Below are positions 34,164-43,583 of a DNA stretch of 64,000 nt, piece after piece. How positions within the stretch are numbered: position 1 is the stretch's first letter; each line of letters begins with the position of its first letter. A program made the position numbers and the translations under genes. The stretch comes from Patescibacteria group bacterium (lineage in GTDB: Bacteria; Patescibacteriota; Minisyncoccia; UBA6257; 2-01-FULL-56-20), in contig JBBTUL010000008.1 in assembly GCA_038063755.1 (NCBI GenBank), positions 17,910 to 81,909 of the forward strand, written 5' to 3'. The notes under the pieces were generated by a model. That model had not been told where the DNA came from. It ran no database searches and saw only the letters and a list, made by a program, of their open reading frames with translations.

Positions 34164-34556
34164 TTGATGAATTATCAAGGTGTAATAATTGAAGAAAGTT
34201 TGGGAAATAAGGACATCCTCAAAGATGCTAAAATTTCTGAGACAAAAATTGAAGAAGTTGTAGAGAAGCATAAAACCCCCTGGGTAAAACAATGGACCTT
34301 ACACACCGTTGAGATTCCAGAAAATCAAGCAAAGGATGTCGCGGAAAAAGTAAGTAAAGCATTGGATCCAAAACATGACTGGTATGCCGACTTTAAAAAT
34401 GATACTCATCATTATATTATTTTCCGCGACAAAGTTTTTTATATAGACCGAAAAAGTAAGGAACAGTATGATGAAGCGAAACGTTATGGCATTTCGCTCG
34501 GTATACCAGAGTATCAGGTCAACTTTGTTTCCGATGATAAAATTTTGGAAAAATAA
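34164..34556 (+). CDS. Hypothetical protein, 130 aa
   Basis: ORF tightly coupled to the HIT gene; no family recognised. Confidence 0.4.
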   Translation: MMNYQGVIIEESLGNKDILKDAKISETKIEEVVEKHKTPWVKQWTLHTVEIPENQAKDVAEKVSKALDPKHDWYADFKNDTHHYIIFRDKVFYIDRKSKEQYDEAKRYGISLGIPEYQVNFVSDDKILEK

Positions 34557-34622
34557 TTTAATGAACCGTCGAATTTCCAAAAATCCCCAGTCCGATCTCT
34601 GTTGAGTCCACCAAAAAAAACG

Positions 34623-35168
34623 ATGTCAGTTTATATCACGTACTTTGTTCATGGGACGACGATCGACAATGAGAACGGCGTGTCTTCCGGCTGGTCCGAC
34701 GCGGAGCTTTCCGAGCTCGGAGTACAACAATCAATCGAACTTACAAAACAGATCGGCGAAAAGAAGTTTGACGCGGTTTTCTGTTCGGACTTGAGGCGTG
34801 CGGTCCACTCCGCGAAGCTCACCTTTAGCGACATAACACCTATTATTTCCGACGCGCGTTTGCGGGAATGTAATTACGGCACATATAACGGACACCCATC
34901 TTTTGTGGTGGAGCCGATGCAGGAAAAATGTATCACCGAGAGATTTCCGGAAGGGGAAAGCTACGAAGACGTAAAAGCGCGACTCAATGACTTTCTTGCG
35001 TTCTTGAAAAAGGATTATGACGGGAAGCGAGTCGCGATCGTGGCACACAAAGCTCCGCAACTTGCACTCGATGTATTGCTCAATGGTAGAACATGGGAAG
35101 AGGCGTTTGCCGAAGATTGGCGGAAGCGTAAGGCGTGGCAACCCGGCTGGGAATATGTCGTCCTGTAG
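34623..35168 (+). CDS. Histidine phosphatase superfamily protein (phosphoglycerate-mutase-like)
   Basis: YFVHGTT catalytic His motif near the N-terminus; conserved core pattern. Confidence 0.6.
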   Translation: MSVYITYFVHGTTIDNENGVSSGWSDAELSELGVQQSIELTKQIGEKKFDAVFCSDLRRAVHSAKLTFSDITPIISDARLRECNYGTYNGHPSFVVEPMQEKCITERFPEGESYEDVKARLNDFLAFLKKDYDGKRVAIVAHKAPQLALDVLLNGRTWEEAFAEDWRKRKAWQPGWEYVVL

Positions 35169-35234
35169 CGGATATCCACAGTCGCAAGAACGAGGCCCTT
35201 GACGATATATACCCCCCTGGGGTATCATGGAACT

Positions 35235-35504
35235 ATGAATGCTATCGCGAAGAAGAAGCTTCTCCGACGGATGCTGATCGTCAAGGGTCAGGCTGAGGGG
35301 CTCGAAAAGATGATCTCGAAGGAAAGATACTGCGTTGACATCATCACGCAGTCTTCCGCGATGCGCTCGGCGCTTTCGAGTATCGAGGACATTCTTTTGG
35401 AAAATCATCTGCTGACGCATACAACGATGCAAATGCGATCGGGGTTAAAGAAGAAAGCCGCAACGGAAATTTTGAGAGTACACCGCCTTTCGAAAAAAAG
35501 ATAG
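35235..35504 (+). CDS. CsoR/RcnR/FrmR-family metal-sensing transcriptional repressor
   Basis: KKKLLRRMLIVKGQAEGLEKMISKERYCVDIITQSSAMRSALSSIEDILLENHLLTH, with Cys and His at the metal-ligand positions. Confidence 0.75.
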   Translation: MNAIAKKKLLRRMLIVKGQAEGLEKMISKERYCVDIITQSSAMRSALSSIEDILLENHLLTHTTMQMRSGLKKKAATEILRVHRLSKKR

Positions 35505-35506
35505 AC

Positions 35507-35935
35507 ATGGATACCAAGTTTACCATCACGGTCGTCCTGCTTGCGGGCATTGTCGGAACAATGGTGTTCGGCACTTTTCTGATGATGCACCAAGAAAATA
35601 ACGAAATTCATGGTGTGTGCATCCCGATGTTGATCGATCGCACGGACTGCGAATCGGGAGTCAATCCGCTCGAATACGTCAGAATTCACACGAGTATTTT
35701 GAGTGATTTTGATATACCGTCCGGCGTTGCGCTCGCAGCTTTTTTCTTGCTTGCGTTGTTCGGTTTTGGTATGCGGATCGCTGTCTTGCCCACATCAGGT
35801 GTTCTTCGCTCGGATCGCGAACGCCGCTTTTCCGAAACCGAAAATACAACGACCTACTTTCAAAAAATTCTTGCGTGGGTTGCACTCCACGAGAAACGAG
35901 ACCCGTCTTTTCCCCTCGGGGTCATGAACGCCTAG
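35507..35935 (+). CDS. Hypothetical membrane protein downstream of the CsoR-like repressor
   Basis: Two or three TM helices; a CIPMLIDRTDC segment. Confidence 0.45.
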   Translation: MDTKFTITVVLLAGIVGTMVFGTFLMMHQENNEIHGVCIPMLIDRTDCESGVNPLEYVRIHTSILSDFDIPSGVALAAFFLLALFGFGMRIAVLPTSGVLRSDRERRFSETENTTTYFQKILAWVALHEKRDPSFPLGVMNA

Positions 35936-36025
35936 AAGCGCAAGCTTTCTTTGTGCGTCATGTACCCACCGAAACCGCCACAAGGCGGTATTTTGTTGGA
36001 AATATAAACTCAGTCTCACAACACA

Positions 36026-37063
36026 ATGGAACACGAACAGCATGAGGGAATGGAAGAAGAAAGAGGAGCGAAAGAAATGGTGGCAGACGAGGAAGGTCCC
36101 GTCGAGGATCTCGCATCGGCGAAAAGAATGGAGTCGGGGAAAACGGTTCTTATTGGAAGCGCGATGATCTCCTTCGCCATTTTGGTTTTCGCGGGAACAC
36201 TTGTATATACCGGAAAAGGAAAACCGATCGCGTCGCAAAACGCTTCCGCTCCCGGGAGTGTGGCGGGAGGGTATTCCGATCCGCTTGAGGAAGCCGTCAT
36301 TCCGTCGGGCGGAGTGTATATTCCGGTCCGATGGGGAGATGCGGGAAAGAAGCTCGTGGAAAGCGGCGTCCTTGATCGGGGGAAATTTGATTCTCTCTAC
36401 GCCGATCGGGGCGGCCTTACCGACGAGACAAAGAAACTTCTTGAGCGTAGCGACAACGAACGGATCGTGATAACCCCGGAGAATTCCGGGCAAGTCCTGA
36501 ATCTTCTCTGGGCGTTCGGTCTCGCGAATAATAATCCCATACTTGATTACGGACCGATGCGCGACCCGAGTTACGGAGGAGCAGACCGCTTTGCATCAAC
36601 CGGCGGCTGGACGCTTGCGAAGGGAAACGTCATGGATCACTACTCTCGCCACGCGATCATCGAGCTTACTTCCGATCAGCAAAAGCTTGTCGAGAAAGTC
36701 GCGAAAGGTATCTACCGGCCTTGTTGCGGCAATGCGACATACTTTCCGGACTGCAATCACGGAATGGCGATGCTGGGGCTACTCGAGCTTATGGCATCCC
36801 AAGGCGTGAGCGAAGAGAACATGTATCGGGCGGCACTCAAGGTGAACTCCTATTGGTTCCCGGAAACCTATATGACGCTCGCGCGATATTTTGCGAATAA
36901 AGGCGTTTCTTGGGATGCGGTAGACCCCAAAGAAGTGCTTGGAGAGGAATACTCAAGCGCTTCCGGGTACCGTCAGATTCTTTCCGAAGTGACCGAGGCA
37001 GCCGCGAAGACCCCGGCAGTAAACACTCCAACCCGCCGTTCGTCGGGCGGCTGTGGCGTATAA
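36026..37063 (+). CDS. Hypothetical membrane-anchored extracytoplasmic protein with a Cys-rich motif
   Basis: Acidic N-terminus, one TM helix, conserved-looking CCGNATYFPDCNHG; family not recognised. Confidence 0.45.
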   Translation: MEHEQHEGMEEERGAKEMVADEEGPVEDLASAKRMESGKTVLIGSAMISFAILVFAGTLVYTGKGKPIASQNASAPGSVAGGYSDPLEEAVIPSGGVYIPVRWGDAGKKLVESGVLDRGKFDSLYADRGGLTDETKKLLERSDNERIVITPENSGQVLNLLWAFGLANNNPILDYGPMRDPSYGGADRFASTGGWTLAKGNVMDHYSRHAIIELTSDQQKLVEKVAKGIYRPCCGNATYFPDCNHGMAMLGLLELMASQGVSEENMYRAALKVNSYWFPETYMTLARYFANKGVSWDAVDPKEVLGEEYSSASGYRQILSEVTEAAAKTPAVNTPTRRSSGGCGV

Positions 37064-37071
37064 CCACCTAC

Positions 37072-37959
37072 ATGGACCTTCTTATCGGAACCTCATTGCT
37101 TGCGGCCTTCATCGCCGGTATCGCGGCGCTCTTGGCGCCGTGCTGTATCACGGTGCTTCTGCCATCGTATTTCGGATCGGTTTTCCGGACTCGCCGAAAA
37201 GTGTTCCTGATGACCTTCATCTTTTTTCTCGGAATCCTCACGGTATTCATACCGTTGGGACTCGGGTTTTCCGCGCTTGGGCAGTTCTTCAGTCGTTACC
37301 ATCAGACAATCTTCGGCCTTGCGGGGCTATTCTTTCTCGGCCTGGGAGCGACGCTTCTCCTAGGGAAGAAATTTGCCATGCCATTCTCGATCCACCCGAC
37401 GCTTGCGGCGAATAATGCCGGGTCGGTGTACGTTCTAGGCATCTTGTCGGGTGTCGCGACCACCTGTTGCGCCCCGGTGCTCGCAGGAGCACTTGCCCTT
37501 TCGGTACTCCCCGGGTCGATTCTCTGGGGCGTTGTTTACACGCTCGCGTACGTCTTGGGAATGGTCGCGCCGCTCTTTCTTCTTGCGGGAATGATGGACA
37601 AATCCCGTCTTACCGAACGCCTCATGGGGGCGACAAAGCCGGTTGTTTTCCGTCTTGGTACAAAAACGTTCGAAGTAGCGCTTTCGGATCTCATCTCGGG
37701 GATTACATTCCTTGTCGTAGGGCTGCTCACGCTTGGATGGGCGTTCATGAACAAAACTGCAACACATTCCAGTCTCCAGGTCGACATCAACATCACCCTC
37801 ACACAGCTTCAGCGGTTTTTGAGCAGGATCATCGGCGGAGTGCCGGAATTCGTTTGGGCTCTGGTGTTTGTCGGGGTGTTTGGCGTGATTGCGTGGATAG
37901 CTAGAATTCAGTTCCGACAAGACAAAGAAACAAATCAAAAAAATTGCCATGAAAAATAA
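37072..37959 (+). CDS. CcdA/DsbD-family thiol-disulfide transporter-like membrane protein
   Basis: Polytopic; paired Cys in TM helices (APCCITVLLP and TTCCAPVLAG) as in cytochrome c biogenesis CcdA / DsbD beta domain. Start set at the internal Met (MDLLIGT). Confidence 0.55.
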   Translation: MDLLIGTSLLAAFIAGIAALLAPCCITVLLPSYFGSVFRTRRKVFLMTFIFFLGILTVFIPLGLGFSALGQFFSRYHQTIFGLAGLFFLGLGATLLLGKKFAMPFSIHPTLAANNAGSVYVLGILSGVATTCCAPVLAGALALSVLPGSILWGVVYTLAYVLGMVAPLFLLAGMMDKSRLTERLMGATKPVVFRLGTKTFEVALSDLISGITFLVVGLLTLGWAFMNKTATHSSLQVDINITLTQLQRFLSRIIGGVPEFVWALVFVGVFGVIAWIARIQFRQDKETNQKNCHEK

Positions 37960-38560
37960 ACAAAACCCGCTCACCACAGTACTTACCTTGGTTGCGATAG
38001 CCGTCTTCGTATTGGGCGGGATGTATTTCCTGAACAACAAAAGCGGTACACAATCTGCGGTAGGGGACGGGAATGCTACATCAAACGACGCGCTGGAAGG
38101 TCTTGTGGGGAAACCCGTCCCCGAGTTTTCACTGCGGGACAAAAATGGCGTGGTGTATTCCCCAGAGGCACTTCGCGGGAAGAACACAATCCTTTTTTTC
38201 AACGAGGGGATTATGTGCTATCCATCGTGTTGGAATCAGATCGTAGCGCTTCAAGAGGATAAGAGACTACAATCCGATGACACGATCGGGCTTTCCATCG
38301 TGATTGACACCCCCGAGGACTGGAGGCGTGCGGCCGAACGAATGCCGGAACTGGGATTCGCGAAAATCCTTTTCGACATCGATAAAAGTGTTTCAAGGAA
38401 ATTCGGAATGCTTACCAGCAAGTCCTCAATGCACTACGGGTCTTTCCCGGGACATAGCTACGTGCTCATCGACAAGGCTGGGATTGTGCGCTACGTCTAC
38501 GACGATCCGAACATGGCCATCAACAACAATCTTCTGGTCTCTCAAGTTGCAAGGTTATAA
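37949..38560 (+). CDS. Membrane-anchored thioredoxin-fold (redoxin / TlpA-like) protein
   Basis: Signal anchor then a redoxin domain with a CYPSC active-site-like motif; overlaps the CcdA-like gene by 11 nt, suggesting translational coupling. Confidence 0.55.
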   Translation: MKNKQNPLTTVLTLVAIAVFVLGGMYFLNNKSGTQSAVGDGNATSNDALEGLVGKPVPEFSLRDKNGVVYSPEALRGKNTILFFNEGIMCYPSCWNQIVALQEDKRLQSDDTIGLSIVIDTPEDWRRAAERMPELGFAKILFDIDKSVSRKFGMLTSKSSMHYGSFPGHSYVLIDKAGIVRYVYDDPNMAINNNLLVSQVARL

Positions 38561-38615
38561 TAGATACAAGTCTGAAAATTCAAAGGTCGACAAAACTTAA
38601 ATCAATTATACGAAT

Positions 38616-38882
38616 ATGCTTTCACTCAAGAGATACGGTTGGTTATGCGTGCTCGGGTCGGAGGTTGCCTACATTCTCTGTCTTATTGGAGGATTCCTCC
38701 CGTTGCGTTCGGAGCGCGGAATGGAACTTCACCACGCACTCTTCGAGACGTTGCCGGGGTTCACGTGGATTAGCGCCGGGAGTGCGTTCTTGGGGGCGAT
38801 CTATATGTTTGCCTTCGCGTGGATTTTCGCTGCGTACATGGTCTGGATGCACAATACGAGCCTGATTGAAAAAAACCGATAA
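38616..38882 (+). CDS. Small hypothetical membrane protein, 88 aa
   Basis: Two or three TM helices; within the metal/redox cluster. Confidence 0.35.
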   Translation: MLSLKRYGWLCVLGSEVAYILCLIGGFLPLRSERGMELHHALFETLPGFTWISAGSAFLGAIYMFAFAWIFAAYMVWMHNTSLIEKNR

Positions 38883-38934
38883 AGAGGCCCGATAATATAA
38901 AAAGTCGCTTTGAATAGAAAAACTAACGACATAA

Positions 38935-39198
38935 ATGCATAACCGTGATGGGAAGGGCGGTTTTCCTCCGCTGTGGATGACGGTCCTTTGTGTTGTACCG
39001 GTACTTATCCTGTTCTTCGTGGGGCGAAGATTTTATTCCGGAGGATATATTCTACCGGTTTTGGTCGGAGTTTGCATCGTCACACATCTCTGGATGATGT
39101 TTCGTGGCCACGGATCGGGCAAAGATAATAGTGAAGAAAAAGAAGTGCCGACTGAGCATAGCGATAAAAAAAAGCATAAACACTCCTGCTGTCATTAA
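38935..39198 (+). CDS. Small membrane protein with a C-terminal His/Cys metal-binding tail
   Basis: Two TM helices then ...HSDKKKHKHSCCH. Confidence 0.4.
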   Translation: MHNRDGKGGFPPLWMTVLCVVPVLILFFVGRRFYSGGYILPVLVGVCIVTHLWMMFRGHGSGKDNSEEKEVPTEHSDKKKHKHSCCH

Positions 39199-39206
39199 CG
39201 CCCGCA

Positions 39207-39848
39207 ATGGAAAACGCTTACGGCTTTTGGCCGCTTGTTGTAATCAATTCATTCTTCTTCGTCATCTTCGCATTCAGCTTCACGAAACCGAAAACATCAC
39301 GCGAGTGGAAGTCGCTCGGTGCATTTTCGGCGTTCGTTGTTGCTCTATTCGTTGAGATGTACGGATTTCCACTGACCCTATATCTCTTGTCCGGCTTGCT
39401 TCAGTCAAAATATCCGCAGTTGGATGTTTTCGCCCATAACTCCGGACATCTTTGGGAGACATTGCTTGGCTTTCGGGGGGATCCGCACTTAAATGTATTG
39501 CATATCGTAAGCGCGATTTTTATTGGAGGCGGAATGTTACTTGTCGCTCGAGCGTGGAGCGTACTATTCGAAGCACAAAAGAAGGGGAAGCTTGCCGTTA
39601 CTGGTCCATACGAACATGTGCGACATCCCCAATATGCGGGCTTTGTTTTGGTAATGCTAGGATTTCTCATTCAGTGGCCGACACTCTTAACGCTCGTGAT
39701 GTTCCCGATTCTCGTTTTCGTATATACCCGCCTCGCGAGATTTGAGGAGGAAGAGGCGCTCCGACTCTTTGGTGAGGAGTACCAATCGTACATGATACGC
39801 ACACCAAGATTCATTCCAAGAATAAGAGGTCGTATCGGTGGGGAATAG
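39207..39848 (+). CDS. Isoprenylcysteine carboxyl methyltransferase (ICMT/Ste14)-family membrane methyltransferase
   Basis: TGPYEHVRHPQYAGF...ARFEEEEALRLFGEEY..Y...TPRFIP is the ICMT C-terminal signature. Confidence 0.75.
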   Translation: MENAYGFWPLVVINSFFFVIFAFSFTKPKTSREWKSLGAFSAFVVALFVEMYGFPLTLYLLSGLLQSKYPQLDVFAHNSGHLWETLLGFRGDPHLNVLHIVSAIFIGGGMLLVARAWSVLFEAQKKGKLAVTGPYEHVRHPQYAGFVLVMLGFLIQWPTLLTLVMFPILVFVYTRLARFEEEEALRLFGEEYQSYMIRTPRFIPRIRGRIGGE

Positions 39849-39898
39849 TTCCAATCCCTGAATTTGCGGGGATTGTGCATAACTATGAGGTAGCTTCA

Positions 39899-39925
39899 AA
39901 GAAGCCCTTGATTATCAAGGGCTTT
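39899..39925 (+). terminator. Terminator-like palindrome
   Basis: AGCCCTTGAT-t-ATCAAGGGCT followed by TTTAGG. Confidence 0.4.
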
Positions 39926-39960
39926 TAGGTTCTTGCTCTGATCTTTCATTATGGCGCTAG

Positions 39961-40030
39961 GTGGTGTAACATTACATATAAGTGGTGAGCTGTGGATAAT
40001 TGTGGGGATAAAGTGCCACTTCTGGGGATA
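39961..40030 (+). promoter_or_regulatory. MraZ operator: direct GTGG(G) repeats at 10-bp phasing
   Basis: GTGGtgtaac..., GTGGtgagct, GTGGataatt, GTGGggataa, aGTGCcactt, cTGGGgataa match the known MraZ box (GTGGG repeats spaced 10 bp) upstream of mraZ. Confidence 0.5.
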
Positions 40031-40262
40031 ACCAGGAACAAGCAAAGCTCTTTGACTTCCAAGCAACCGGAGGTCGATGCATTCCAGCGATGCATCGCCT
40101 CCTGCGCTCTCGCTTCAATGGCGGAAACCGACCCTGCCCATTGAAGCTCCGAGAGCTTGTTCGGAAGTCAAAAGTTTTGCCGAGGTTTTAATCCTGCAGT
40201 CGCTTCGCGATAGCTTCTCAAGAACCAGGGAACTCCCGACAAGAAAAACGCAAAACTTTTAA

Positions 40263-40694
40263 ATGTTACTTGGAGAATACACACACAATCTAGATACGAA
40301 GGGAAGGGTGGCGGTTCCCGCGAAATTTCGTGACGCGGTTTTGGGAGGCGCTATCATCACGCGCGGACTCGACAACTGTTTATTCGTGTTCACGCAGAAA
40401 GAATGGCAGACACTCGCCGAAAAATTGATGGCACTACCGCTCGCGCAGGCAAACTCGCGGGCATTTGTGCGTTTAATGTTGGCCGGCGCGATGGACGTAA
40501 ACCTCGACAACCAGGGAAGAATTTTGATTCCAGATTATTTACGTCAATATGCGGGATTGAAAAAAGAAGTCATTGTCGCGGGACTCTATAATCGCATGGA
40601 AATCTGGGATGCAGAAGATTGGAAGAAGTACAAACAGAAGACCGAGAGCGCTTCGGAAGAGATAGCCGAGAAATTGGGCGAACTTGGAATTTAA
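40263..40694 (+). CDS. mraZ: Transcriptional regulator MraZ
   Basis: Tandem MraZ/UPF0040 repeats; 143 aa; heads the dcw cluster. Confidence 0.9.
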   Translation: MLLGEYTHNLDTKGRVAVPAKFRDAVLGGAIITRGLDNCLFVFTQKEWQTLAEKLMALPLAQANSRAFVRLMLAGAMDVNLDNQGRILIPDYLRQYAGLKKEVIVAGLYNRMEIWDAEDWKKYKQKTESASEEIAEKLGELGI

Positions 40695-40771
40695 CGGGAT
40701 GAAATTCGCATGCGTCGCATCCCCAACAACGAACATCACAAAAACCGGAAACACACATTGATCGACTAAGC

Positions 40772-41656
40772 ATGAGCCATATTCCAGTTCTTTTACATGA
40801 AGTCATTGATGGTTTAAGAGTTCACGAAGGAATGTTCGTGATAGACGGGACGGTAAACGGAGGAGGGCACGCGGAAGCGATGTTGCAAAAAATCGGAGCG
40901 ACCGGACAACTCCTCGGTATCGATTGGGACGGCGACTTGATCGAGGCAACACGAAAGCGACTCGGTGTTTCGAGAAACACCCGCTTTGTTCAGGGGAATT
41001 ACGCCGAGACGCCGGACATCCTCCACGCGCTCAAATTATCGAAGGCGGACGCGATGCTGTTGGACATCGGGCTTTCATCGACTCAACTTGAAGCGTCCGG
41101 CAGAGGTTTCTCGTTTATGACGAAGAAGGCCGAGCCGCTTGCGATGACCTACGATACGACGCAGACACCCGTCTATGAACTGATCTCGAAAATGCGCGAG
41201 GATGAGATCGCAAAAGTGCTGTACGAATTTGGCGAGGAGAGGTTTGGGAAGCGCATCGCAAGCGCGATCTACGCGCGGGAGCGGCGTGACCCCATCGCCA
41301 CAAACTATGAGCTTCGGGATACCGTGCTTGCCGCCGTGCCGAAGTCCTACGAGCGCGGCAGAATTCATCCGGCGACCAGAACATTCCAAGCATTTCGTAT
41401 CTACGCGAATGGAGAACTCGAAAATCTGACCTCGATTCTCGGAAAAGTTTCACAGGTACTTGTCTCCGGCGGACGGATGGCGATCATAAGTTTCCATTCG
41501 CTCGAGGACAGGATCGTAAAGAATGGCTTCAGAGATATGGAGAAGCAGGGGATTGCGAAGGTAATAACAAAAAAACCGGTTATTGCCACCGAAGAGGAGC
41601 AAAGAGCGAACCCCCGCAGTCGGTCTGCAAAGTTAAGGATTATTGAACTTATATGA
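40772..41656 (+). CDS. rsmH: 16S rRNA (cytosine1402-N4)-methyltransferase
   Basis: MSHIPVLLHEVIDGL...DGTVNGGGHAEAML matches RsmH/MraW. Confidence 0.92.
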   Translation: MSHIPVLLHEVIDGLRVHEGMFVIDGTVNGGGHAEAMLQKIGATGQLLGIDWDGDLIEATRKRLGVSRNTRFVQGNYAETPDILHALKLSKADAMLLDIGLSSTQLEASGRGFSFMTKKAEPLAMTYDTTQTPVYELISKMREDEIAKVLYEFGEERFGKRIASAIYARERRDPIATNYELRDTVLAAVPKSYERGRIHPATRTFQAFRIYANGELENLTSILGKVSQVLVSGGRMAIISFHSLEDRIVKNGFRDMEKQGIAKVITKKPVIATEEEQRANPRSRSAKLRIIELI

Positions 41657-41970
41657 CATACATTCAGCCAAAAAAAAGCTATTCACTTATTAATATACTT
41701 CTTGCCGCCGCCGTTTTGGGCGTGCTTGGAGGTGCCGCGGGACTCATAATGATTTATAATCAAACGGTTGCTCTTTCGCACGGAATACAGATTTCAAAAA
41801 ACGAACTTCGCGCGATAGAGACCGCAAATGCGGAGATGAAAGGGAAGATTTTCTCTCTGTTTGATCCTGAGAGCGTTACGGCATTTGCGTCTGGGCGTGG
41901 GTTGATCATCGATAAAAATCCTCAATATATTGAAGTTTCGAAGCAATGGGTGGTCGCTTCATATCGCTAA
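41653..41970 (+). CDS. ftsL: Cell-division protein FtsL-like small membrane protein
   Basis: Single TM helix then a coiled-coil; position between rsmH and ftsI; stop/start overlap ATGA. Confidence 0.55.
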   Translation: MTYIQPKKSYSLINILLAAAVLGVLGGAAGLIMIYNQTVALSHGIQISKNELRAIETANAEMKGKIFSLFDPESVTAFASGRGLIIDKNPQYIEVSKQWVVASYR

Positions 41971-43583
41971 TAAGCTCTCTCGGCCTTTTATACGGCCTTC
42001 TTTTGTTTCATCTTTATGGTGTTCAGGTTGGACAGGGAACACAGTACCTCGCGAAGGCAAAATCTCAATATTCCGCGCTAAGCGTAACCGCAGCTAGGCG
42101 CGGGACGATTTACTTCACCGACAGGAATGGAAAAACAGTTCCCGCCGCGACCGGAAAAGAGTATCCGATTGTCTACGCCGTTCCGAAGGTTATCGAAGAC
42201 ATTGAAGAGGCGGCAAATCAAGCAGCTCTTGTTTTGGGAGTTATGCCGGAAGATCTCGTGAAAGTCTTTTCGAAGAAAAGCGCAACTTACGTTATGCTTC
42301 AGAAAAAAGCATCGGCCGATCTTGCAGGAAAGGTCCAGGATTTAAACCTGAAGGGTTTTTATGTTGAAGATGTCCCGATGAGATTTTATCCGTTCGGTTC
42401 GCTTGCCGCACATGTTATTGGTTTCGTCGGGCCGAATGCGAGCGATAACGGTGAAAGCGGAAAATACGGTCTCGAAAAACTTTATGACGAATCCCTGAAG
42501 GGTGTTGTCGGAAAAATCGACGGAAATAAAATCGTTCCTTCTCAGGCCGGAGAAGATATAACACTGACCATTGATCCAACGGTTCAGAAAGAGGCCGAGC
42601 ACATATTGCGCGGTGTGGTTAACGACTATCACGCGAAAGGCGGCGGCGTAATCATAATGGATCCAAAGACGGGGAGAATTCTTGCGATGGCGGCGACTCC
42701 TGTCTTTGATCCGAATAAATATTCAGAATCAAGCATAGGAACGTTTTTAAACCCGCTTGTTGAAGAAATATACGAACCAGGGTCTGTTTTTAAAGTTCTT
42801 ACCATGGCCGCGGGAATCGATTCGGGTGCTGTTACCCCCGAGACCGTTTTCTACGATAGCGGAAAACTTGTTTTGAATGGAAAGACGATCAGGAATTGGG
42901 ACTTAAAAGCGCACGGCAACGTCACGATGACAAACGTAATCGAAAAGTCTTTAAATACCGGAGCGGCTTTCGTGGCGAGAAAGATGGGAGGGGCGACGTT
43001 TGCTGGTTATCTGAAAAAGTTCGGGCTTGGAGAAAGAACTGGTATTGATCTTCCGGGGGAGCTTGCCGGAAACCTTTCGAGGCTTGGGGTGAAGGCTGCT
43101 GATATTAATTTTGCGACCGCTGCCTTCGGGCAAGGCGTTGCCGTAACCCCGCTTCATGTGATAAACGCGATCGGCGCGATTGCGAATGGCGGGAAACTGA
43201 TGAGGCCTTATATAAACGCAAAGCTTGGGCCGAAAGTTGTCCGCGAAGTCATAACACCAGAGGCGGCTGAGGCTGTCGCGAAAATGATGGTTTCCGCGGT
43301 GGATAAAGCAGAAATCGCGCACGTGGATGGGTTTACGATTGCGGGAAAGACCGGAACTGCACAGGTGCCAAATCTTGTGAAAGGAGGGTACTATGACGAT
43401 AGGGTGAACAATACTTATGTTGGATTCGGTCCGACGAAGGATCCGAAGTTCATCATTCTTATTAAGCTGAATGAGCCTCAAGGGTCTCCGGTCGCAGGTC
43501 TTACTGTCGTCCCTGCGTTTCGAAACCTTGCGCAGTTTGTATTAAATTACTACAACATTGCTCCTGACCGGGTTGAGAAATAA
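41946..43583 (+). CDS. ftsI: Peptidoglycan D,D-transpeptidase FtsI (class B PBP)
   Basis: N-terminal TM and dimerisation domain; transpeptidase motifs SVFK, SLN, KTGT. Confidence 0.9.
   Translation: MGGRFISLISSLGLLYGLLLFHLYGVQVGQGTQYLAKAKSQYSALSVTAARRGTIYFTDRNGKTVPAATGKEYPIVYAVPKVIEDIEEAANQAALVLGVMPEDLVKVFSKKSATYVMLQKKASADLAGKVQDLNLKGFYVEDVPMRFYPFGSLAAHVIGFVGPNASDNGESGKYGLEKLYDESLKGVVGKIDGNKIVPSQAGEDITLTIDPTVQKEAEHILRGVVNDYHAKGGGVIIMDPKTGRILAMAATPVFDPNKYSESSIGTFLNPLVEEIYEPGSVFKVLTMAAGIDSGAVTPETVFYDSGKLVLNGKTIRNWDLKAHGNVTMTNVIEKSLNTGAAFVARKMGGATFAGYLKKFGLGERTGIDLPGELAGNLSRLGVKAADINFATAAFGQGVAVTPLHVINAIGAIANGGKLMRPYINAKLGPKVVREVITPEAAEAVAKMMVSAVDKAEIAHVDGFTIAGKTGTAQVPNLVKGGYYDDRVNNTYVGFGPTKDPKFIILIKLNEPQGSPVAGLTVVPAFRNLAQFVLNYYNIAPDRVEK

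Noticed and set aside
36910-37071. N-terminal 54-aa extension of the CcdA-like ORF, starting at 36910.
   Set aside because: It overlaps the upstream gene end. The extension is hydrophilic and Arg-rich, unlike CcdA N-termini, so the internal Met at 37072 was preferred.
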